Assembly (NCBI GenBank): GCA_903845055.1
Contig: CAIMWF010000044.1
Location: 27,419 to 91,418 of the forward strand
Length of the DNA: 64,000 nt
Reading direction: 5' to 3'
Source of the DNA: an uncultured Bacteroidales bacterium
GTDB taxonomy: Bacteria; Bacteroidota; Bacteroidia; Bacteroidales; FEN-979
The notes under the pieces: model-generated
What the model was told of the DNA's origin: nothing
The model's database searches: none
Seen by the model: the letters and a program-made list of their open reading frames with translations, nothing else
Shown here: in pieces, positions 57,849 to 64,000 of the stretch
Numbering within the stretch: position 1 is the stretch's first letter
Layout of the letters: each line of letters begins with the position of its first letter
Program-made: the position numbers and the translations under genes

Positions 57849-58334
57849 TCAGTGCTCTTTTAATTTGACAGGGATCCAGATCTCCTCTTCAGAATCAGGG
57901 TCCTCGTTGCTGTATTTTTCACCCAGGATCTCGAAATGAGGCCGGTCGTCGGGGGCATAGGCTGATTGGGGCAGCCATGTGCCAAATATATACCGGAAGG
58001 TCTCTGCTCCCTTCGATGCCGCCCCCTTGTACAGGAAAACCGCATACATCCCAGGGGGTATCACCAGCGGTTCCATCCCTTCAGGTAGGTCACCGGAACC
58101 GGAAACTTCCGCGACAGCCCACTTTTCGAATTCCCTCCCCGGGTTGTATGTGTCAAAATAGCCAGGATCGTAAAGCTGTACCGAATAGAGGTCGGTACCG
58201 ATGCTGTTGCGGATGTTCTTCCTTTCGGGCATGAAACTGCGCCACAGTTCAGCGGTCCTGTTCTCCTCCACGGACATCTTCATCCGTTTCCCGGCCAGTT
58301 TCTTTCCCGGGAATGTTTCGATTCTTGGTTTCAT
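57849..58334 (-). CDS. GyrI-like / AraC effector-binding domain protein
   Basis: 161 aa. ...LWRSFMPERKNI...YSVQLYD...IPPGMYAVFLYKG...YIFGTWLPQSAYAPDDRPHFEILGEKY is the typical GyrI-like fold signature. Confidence 0.75.
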   Translation of the reverse strand: MKPRIETFPGKKLAGKRMKMSVEENRTAELWRSFMPERKNIRNSIGTDLYSVQLYDPGYFDTYNPGREFEKWAVAEVSGSGDLPEGMEPLVIPPGMYAVFLYKGAASKGAETFRYIFGTWLPQSAYAPDDRPHFEILGEKYSNEDPDSEEEIWIPVKLKEH

Positions 58335-58417
58335 AATTCCGTTGACAATTATACTACCGTGAGCTTTCCAATATCGAATTTATTCATCCGGACCATGAAC
58401 AGGGATATACGGTTTGC

Positions 58418-58801
58418 TCATTTTTTCCCGGTTTTTGTATTTTGCATTTGCTGCTGCACGCGGAATCGCACTATTTTACCGATCAGTTCAAGTGGCATGG
58501 ATTGCTCAAAGGGAAACTGAACGGATCCCTTTGCCAGTTTACAGGGCTCCAGCTCGCTTTTAAAGGCTTCGATGCCCGTTGCTCCCGGGTAGAAACCAAT
58601 GTGGCTCTTGTGGGCCGCAAACCAGACCAGGATGCCGTTCATTTTGTAGGCGGGCATCCGGTAGCTGATCACCTCCCGGGCAGCGGGTGCCGCCGCCCTG
58701 ATGGCAGCCCGCACCTGTTCCGCCGGCTCGCGGGCGTGCGGGGGCAGGAGGGCAAGATAAGCATCAACGTCGGCAGGGATATTTATTTCGGGTTGCTGCA
58801 T
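58418..58801 (-). CDS. DUF1801 (YdhG-like) domain protein
   Basis: 127 aa. VDAYLALLPP...VRAAIRAAAPAAREVISYRMPAYKMNGILVWFAAHKSHIGFYP. Confidence 0.75.
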   Translation of the reverse strand: MQQPEINIPADVDAYLALLPPHAREPAEQVRAAIRAAAPAAREVISYRMPAYKMNGILVWFAAHKSHIGFYPGATGIEAFKSELEPCKLAKGSVQFPFEQSMPLELIGKIVRFRVQQQMQNTKTGKK

Positions 58802-58945
58802 CAGGTATTTTCGTATTTCGATATGGTTGACATTACTGGTAGAAGGGTTGTCAATCGCCCATCTAAAGATACAAAAAAAAGCATCTGCAACTCCTTCCTA
58901 CAGCGATTACCGGGAAACTTCTCCGCAGGACGCTTACCGCTCTAT

Positions 58946-58973
58946 CTATTGCCTATTGCCTACTGCCTGTTGC
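58946..58973. repeat. Heptamer tandem array (CTATTGC CTATTGC CTACTGC CTGTTGC)
   Basis: Read directly. Overlaps the last codons and stop of the 58953-59354 gene. Confidence 0.9.
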
Positions 58974-59354
58974 CTTTTTTAAAGTCCGTATGATCCATGC
59001 CGCCACAAACGATTCGAACAAACTCAACGGCACGGCGAACCACAGGAGCCCGAAGGGAAGCACAGCAAGGTTTCCGAGGGTAACCCACATCAGCACGAAT
59101 GCCACGAACCACGACAGGAAGGTGGTTTGCAGTAAATTGAACTTCCCGGCAATGAAATAGATGGCAGTGGCGAACAGTAGCGACCAGAGGCCCCACACCG
59201 CCCCGTTGACCGGCTGGGAGGGAAACTGGAGGCCCAGCGTCTGGTAATGGCTCGTCCAGTATGATTTCAGCAGGAATTCGTTCCGAAAAAATTCAGAGAT
59301 GCTGATCCATACCGTCGCTGCCAGGATCGCTAGGATTCCTTTGTGTGTTTTCAT
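58953..59354 (-). CDS. Hypothetical four-TM membrane protein
   Basis: Internal start MKTHKGILAILAATVWISI. Hydrophobic throughout. Immediately downstream of the rhomboid gene. The maximal ORF is 58953-59390. Confidence 0.6.
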   Translation of the reverse strand: MKTHKGILAILAATVWISISEFFRNEFLLKSYWTSHYQTLGLQFPSQPVNGAVWGLWSLLFATAIYFIAGKFNLLQTTFLSWFVAFVLMWVTLGNLAVLPFGLLWFAVPLSLFESFVAAWIIRTLKKATGSRQ

Positions 59355-59364
59355 GGTTGAAGTA

Positions 59365-61026
59365 TTAATTGTTGAATCCGGAGGGGGCATCCTGGCGCTG
59401 CCGGTTTTGATTTTCCGCCGTTGGCTGACTGTCCATCCCAGCCGCCTCCTCCATGACCCGTTCCATTAGCGGTCCATATTCCTTTGCATGCTGTTTCAGC
59501 CCGGGCGACAGGATCATCCCGATGATGAAACCACTTGCCAGTCCGCCGGTGTGGGCGGCGTTATCGATTCCACCGGTCAGACCGGAAAGCAGGTTGTAGC
59601 CGATAAATATCAGCGTGCCAACCAGGAAAGCCTTGCTGAAATCGCGGGGAAAGACCTTTGTCAGCAACAGGGCCAGGAAGATCCCGTAAAGACCGAAGAT
59701 TGCCCCGGAGGCACCTACACTCAGGGTATTTTCGTGCCACCACAGGCTTGCCGCACTGGCTACGAGGCCTGTCACAAGGTATCCTGCGGCATATTTCCAT
59801 TTTCCCAGGACTGGTTCCAGGAATATCCCGACGAACAGGAGCCCGTACATATTGGCAAACAGGTGCATGAACCCGCCGTGGAGAAAAGTGCTGGTAAGCA
59901 GCCGCCACCATTCGCCATCCAGGGTGAGGGGCCGGCAGTTTGCCCCCCATTTCAACAGGTCAGGGGCGCTGAAGCTCAGGAACCCCATTCCCGAAAAGAC
60001 CATTGCTGCGAAGAGCAGGATGTTGATATACATGATGAGGGGTGTGATGAAAAATCCCTCCCTGGGAACCAGGAAGCAGATGCTTTCCGTGATCTTTTCC
60101 CCATGGTCGGGCGTACCGTTCCGGAACTTTTCCAGGGCAGCTTCATTGAAGGAGGGGAATAACAGCATCAGCAGCCAGATGAAGGCCCCTGCAGCCAGTA
60201 CCCCGAGAAACCAGGCCAGTTTGTTGCCATTGCGGACCTCAAAGGGTTCATTCACGGGGAGAAGGATGATGGAGGAGCTGGCAGCATACTTTTTATTTTC
60301 CTTCACGGCTTCTAGGTACCTTGCATGATCTTCGGAATTTGGGATGTTTTCGAGGTAGATAAACCGGGTGAAATCTGTTTTTTCAAATTCCGCCTGGCAT
60401 TCCGCCGCGAATTCCCGGAACTTTTTTTCCTTCTCCTTCACATCAAGCCGGTTGCTGATCTGCTTGTTGTATTTTATTCCATACCAGGCATCGCACCCGG
60501 GGTTCTGTTTATCGCCCTGCGAGGACAATACCGGGATGACCACGAACAGGGACATGTCCAGCGTTTCGTTTTGCCGGCCAATTGTTTCAAAATTGCTTTT
60601 TACCCCGATGGCTGCCCTGTCGAGGTAAAAATCCTTCAGGGTATAATAGCGGGTCGGTTCCACCCTGCCGACCTGGTGAATGTTGTCGAGACTGGTCAGT
60701 TTTCCGCAGGCTGTTTCAAGATACGCCTGCAGGATCAGGGTGGGAATGGCGATGGCGATCGAGGCAATGATCACATAGAGCGACGGGAGGTTGCCCCTTT
60801 TATCCTTCAATTCCAGCAACCTGATCCTGGGCCTCAGCCATACCAGCACCGGGATCCACGGGAGCGCCAAAGGGATCCAGAGGTTGACAACATCCTCCCG
60901 GAGCGGGAACAGATGCATCCGGATCTGTAAAAGCCAGTGCAAAAAGGTATACCCGCCGGCCACCCCCAGGGCGATCAGCAGGAATGGAACGTAGATCAAC
61001 TTCAATTTGTCACTGATCTGTTTCAT
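59365..61026 (-). CDS. Rhomboid-family intramembrane serine protease with a large N-terminal extension
   Basis: 553 aa. Rhomboid core WWRLLTSTFLHGGFMHLFANM, catalytic GASGAIFG, and AHTGG. Confidence 0.88.
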   Translation of the reverse strand: MKQISDKLKLIYVPFLLIALGVAGGYTFLHWLLQIRMHLFPLREDVVNLWIPLALPWIPVLVWLRPRIRLLELKDKRGNLPSLYVIIASIAIAIPTLILQAYLETACGKLTSLDNIHQVGRVEPTRYYTLKDFYLDRAAIGVKSNFETIGRQNETLDMSLFVVIPVLSSQGDKQNPGCDAWYGIKYNKQISNRLDVKEKEKKFREFAAECQAEFEKTDFTRFIYLENIPNSEDHARYLEAVKENKKYAASSSIILLPVNEPFEVRNGNKLAWFLGVLAAGAFIWLLMLLFPSFNEAALEKFRNGTPDHGEKITESICFLVPREGFFITPLIMYINILLFAAMVFSGMGFLSFSAPDLLKWGANCRPLTLDGEWWRLLTSTFLHGGFMHLFANMYGLLFVGIFLEPVLGKWKYAAGYLVTGLVASAASLWWHENTLSVGASGAIFGLYGIFLALLLTKVFPRDFSKAFLVGTLIFIGYNLLSGLTGGIDNAAHTGGLASGFIIGMILSPGLKQHAKEYGPLMERVMEEAAGMDSQPTAENQNRQRQDAPSGFNN

Positions 61027-61038
61027 TATGATCTGTGT

Positions 61039-62757
61039 TTATGGTTGATTGCCGCTTACCGGCCCGGATAGATACCCCGCCACCAGTTCCCTGAGTTTCT
61101 TTGGATTCAGGGGTTTGGTTACATAATCGTCGCACCCTGCCGCGATTGCTTTTTCGCGGTCGCCCGTGATGGCATAGGCTGTCTGTGCAATGATGCGGAT
61201 ATCGGGATTGATGTTCTTGATGGCAATGGTTGCTTCATACCCGTCCATAAAGGGGAGTTTTATGTCCATCAGGATCAGCGGGGTTTGTGGGTTTTTTTTG
61301 ATGAAATCGATGGCTTCGGGACCGTTGATGGCATGTTGGATGGAAAGGCACATTGGGGCGAGAATTCCTTCGATCAGGTGGAAACTGTCAATGTCATCTT
61401 CAACCACAAGCACCAGGTTATTGGCAACAGGTTGCTGGAGCCGGGAGATATTGCTGTCTGCAACAACCGACCCCGGGGCGCCGGGCGGGTTCATCAGCGG
61501 GATGGCGACATAGAAGCAGGATCCTTCGCCCCACTTGCTTTTCAGCCAGATCCGGCCATGAAGGATCTTTACGATCTTGTCAACGATGGACAACCCGATG
61601 CCGATTCCCTCCCTGTTCATTTCATGGTAATTGAACTTGGTAAAACGTTCAAATATTTTATGCTGGTCTTCATCGGGGATCCCGGTTCCGGTATCGGATA
61701 CCGATAACAGGATATCACCCTTGCTTTTCCGGCAACCGATGCGGATAATCCCTCCGGAGGTGTGTTTGATGGCATTGGAAAGGAGGTTTGACATCACCTG
61801 CTTCAGCCTGAACAGGTCGGAATATATCTCGAAATCACCCTCCGGAAGGGAATATTCAATGGTGATTGCGGTTTTATTTCTGCGTTGCAGTTCCAGGTTG
61901 CTGATATCCACGAGTTCGATAAAGAGTTCCCGGATGCTGAAAGTTGAAAAATGCAGTTTGATATCGCCGGCTTCAATGGTCGACAGGTCGATGATCTCGT
62001 TGATCAGTCGCAGCAGGTTGTCGCCGCTGTTTTGTATGATCTTTAAAAATTTTTGTTTTTCCTCTTCGTCACATTCCCCTTCAAGAAGCTGGCTAAAGCC
62101 GATGATGGCATTCATGGGGGTCCTGATTTCGTGCGACATGTTGGCCAGGAAGGCGGATTTCAATTTATCGGACCGGATGGCCCGTTCCTTCTGGTAAAGA
62201 AAATCGTTTTTGATTTTGTTAAGCACGAACAAGAGCAGGACGGAATACAGGAAGAAATTCAGATAAATATCGATGGTTCTCGTTTTCAGGTCAGGATAGG
62301 CAAAATGAAAACCGGGACTGGTATATTCAACGATGAACAATACTAAAAGGTTGACGTAATAAAAGGCAATCATCCGGACCAGGCACCAGCCATCCCACAC
62401 CCAGATAATGAGGGCGCCGAAAACAAAAACCAGGAAAACTACGGGACCCAGGGAAAGGAATTTTACATACCAGGTGAGGTCGAGTATCACCAGCCCCACC
62501 CCTGTCAGGATCAGTTTAGGGAAATAAATGCAATTTGTAAACCTTACCAGGAAATACAACACCATGCATACTGCCGCGCCGACAGCTCCAAGGTAAACCG
62601 GCGCCACGCTGAATCCCATGACAAGGTGGAAGATACTGAGTAATATCAGGAAAACGCAGGATGTAAAGGTCATCATGGTCATGAAATACCTTTCATACTT
62701 CACCTGTCCCTTTTCGCCGTAAACAGTGTCAAAGAGTTTGCTGAAAGGATTGTTCAT
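61039..62757 (-). CDS. Membrane-bound hybrid sensor histidine kinase / response regulator
   Basis: 572 aa. About 5 N-terminal TM helices, H-box SDKLKSAFLANMSHEIRTPMNAIIGF, G-boxes DTGTGIP and GIGIGLSIV, receiver LVVEDDIDS...LILMDIKLPFMDG...YVTKP. Confidence 0.92.
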   Translation of the reverse strand: MNNPFSKLFDTVYGEKGQVKYERYFMTMMTFTSCVFLILLSIFHLVMGFSVAPVYLGAVGAAVCMVLYFLVRFTNCIYFPKLILTGVGLVILDLTWYVKFLSLGPVVFLVFVFGALIIWVWDGWCLVRMIAFYYVNLLVLFIVEYTSPGFHFAYPDLKTRTIDIYLNFFLYSVLLLFVLNKIKNDFLYQKERAIRSDKLKSAFLANMSHEIRTPMNAIIGFSQLLEGECDEEEKQKFLKIIQNSGDNLLRLINEIIDLSTIEAGDIKLHFSTFSIRELFIELVDISNLELQRRNKTAITIEYSLPEGDFEIYSDLFRLKQVMSNLLSNAIKHTSGGIIRIGCRKSKGDILLSVSDTGTGIPDEDQHKIFERFTKFNYHEMNREGIGIGLSIVDKIVKILHGRIWLKSKWGEGSCFYVAIPLMNPPGAPGSVVADSNISRLQQPVANNLVLVVEDDIDSFHLIEGILAPMCLSIQHAINGPEAIDFIKKNPQTPLILMDIKLPFMDGYEATIAIKNINPDIRIIAQTAYAITGDREKAIAAGCDDYVTKPLNPKKLRELVAGYLSGPVSGNQP

Positions 62758-62834
62758 AACGGGTATTACAAATTCATTATTGGTGAGCCAAAGCTAAACA
62801 AAATTCCTGTCTGGCAGTCAGCAGGTTGAAAATA

Positions 62835-62859
62835 ATTAAAAATTAAAAATTAAAAATTA
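62835..62859. repeat. Heptamer tandem array (ATTAAAA) x about 3.6
   Basis: Read directly: attaaaa attaaaa attaaaa atta. Confidence 0.85.
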
Positions 62860-62992
62860 CGGTAGTTGCCGGCGAATTAATTCTTAAAATAACTATTCAA
62901 CGGGCACATGATTGCTTTCCCTTGTTCCGGCTTATTGTTCCTGTTGTTCATGTTATATCCGCGAAAATGAAAATTTTACCAATTAACCAGGT

Positions 62993-63427
62993 TCAATCGG
63001 AATGGTGTTTCGCGCTACAGCCTGGGCAAACGGCTTTATGAACACAGAGGGTGGCGCCGCAGTTGGTGCAGTTCCACCGGACCTTCTCACTTTCCAGGAA
63101 TTTCCCGATACCGTTTTCACGGATGGTCTCCAGGTTGCCGATCATGCTCATGTGGTATTTCAACTGGTACCTTTTATCGAGCTGCTGCAGGTTCCGGCAG
63201 GGAAAGTCATTGCACCCGGAGCAGAATTCTGAAAGTAATTTATCGCAGGTTTTTATCTTGCACGCCGACCTTGATACCGGCTGACCTTCCACCGGGTGGC
63301 GGCAACCGGGACAACTGTTCCTCTTTCGCTGGTACACCATGCAGAGGCTGCAGTTCATCCCGCAGGGGGCGATCAACGTTTGACCAGTAGATGATTCCAT
63401 GTCGGTTGGACCGTTATGGTCGGGCAT
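62993..63427 (-). CDS. DUF3795-like cysteine-rich protein
   Basis: 144 aa. APCGMNCSLCMVY...CPGC...CKIKTC...FCSGCNDFPCRNL...CTNCG...CPGC matches the DUF3795 Cys pattern. Confidence 0.7.
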   Translation of the reverse strand: MPDHNGPTDMESSTGQTLIAPCGMNCSLCMVYQRKRNSCPGCRHPVEGQPVSRSACKIKTCDKLLSEFCSGCNDFPCRNLQQLDKRYQLKYHMSMIGNLETIRENGIGKFLESEKVRWNCTNCGATLCVHKAVCPGCSAKHHSD

Positions 63428-63747
63428 TAAAAATGCCAGAAATAAAAATCGGCGAGAATCAGCAACACCAGGATAACGACGATGGCTGTCACCCGCATCT
63501 TTCTTTTAACCAGGTACGCGGCCAGGTTTGTTTCGTCAAGGAAAAACCTGCCGGGTGCGGTTTCGACGAATACCTGCCGGCGAACGAGCCGTTTGAAAAG
63601 GGAGCGGCTCCTGATGTTGAGTTCCGCAGTGGTTTTCGCAGTCCCGGGACTGGTGGTACCCGTATTTTTAAAACGGTCGATCAGTTTCCGGGTCCTGACC
63701 ACGATCAGGATGGCCATCATGGCCGGGAGATAGGGAACTCCTGTCAT
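63427..63747 (-). CDS. Hypothetical small membrane protein (TM - soluble segment - TM)
   Basis: Preferred internal start MTGVPYLPAMMAILIVV (63747). Its stop overlaps the DUF3795 start (TAATG). The upstream part of ORF 63427-63966 looks non-coding. Confidence 0.4.
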   Translation of the reverse strand: MTGVPYLPAMMAILIVVRTRKLIDRFKNTGTTSPGTAKTTAELNIRSRSLFKRLVRRQVFVETAPGRFFLDETNLAAYLVKRKMRVTAIVVILVLLILADFYFWHF

Positions 63748-64000
63748 AAATGCTGAATTAAGGGTTATTGGCCCTTCCAGGCCAGGTTTCAAATACAAAT
63801 GACCTGTGTGCAGGGATTCAGGTAGCATGTCATGATACACCTTTTTGCCTGATCGCCTGTGGACCTGATCACCCCGCCGCCATATGTTTTCAGGACGGAG
63901 AAGTGCGGGCTGGCCATATACCCGATCATCGGGCAGGTGAAAAAGAGGTGACCAAGGTTCAACCACCCTGCAATATAAAACTAATTATTCAAAAATAAAC

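Overview
This 64-kb window looks like a Bacteroidota chromosome segment. Evidence for that placement: repeated TAnnTTTG -7 promoter boxes, a T9SS C-terminal sorting domain, the DUF4290-murA pair, and a fusA-rpsJ junction with no tuf gene. Most of it is conserved core. 1-8.5 kb carries an ABC ATPase (partial), dnaJ, grpE, murA, DUF4290, a UvrD-like helicase, a lipoprotein and a TylF-type methyltransferase. 8.9-27.3 kb is one uninterrupted str-S10-spc-alpha ribosomal cluster running rpsL to rplQ. It includes secY, map, infA and rpoA, plus rpmD and rpmJ, which fall below the ORF-track size cutoff. eno follows. 29.5-40 kb is housekeeping and envelope: MTAP, a CcmF/CcsA-like heme-handling protein, pcm, an oxidoreductase, a sugar-phosphate transferase, a sirtuin, an S9 peptidase and dgkA. 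The only accessory-looking part is 40-63 kb, which is rich in signalling genes. It holds four PAS/GAF histidine kinases (three of them hybrid), an orphan CheB-CheR-PAS fusion, an ABC-F ATPase followed by a truncated receiver fragment, and about 1 kb of orphan non-coding DNA. It also holds tRNA-Gly(CCC), a rhomboid protease and small accessory proteins. I found no defence system, CRISPR array, integrase, transposase or prophage. The items most worth a second look are: (1) the CheB-CheR fusion, with eight STNEELQ heptads that resemble MCP methylation sites, sitting next to kinases that carry the same QNEEL motif; (2) a four-helix-bundle (23S-IVS-type) gene bracketed by inverted octamer arrays, with two ORF-less sibling palindromes elsewhere in the window; (3) several unrelated heptamer tandem arrays at gene ends, including one inverted pair 7 kb apart; (4) a CGCA...TGCG palindrome family in the spacers of the ribosomal operon; (5) a compact five-hairpin region upstream of rpsL. 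All functional readings are inference from reading the sequence by eye. No database search or folding computation was run.
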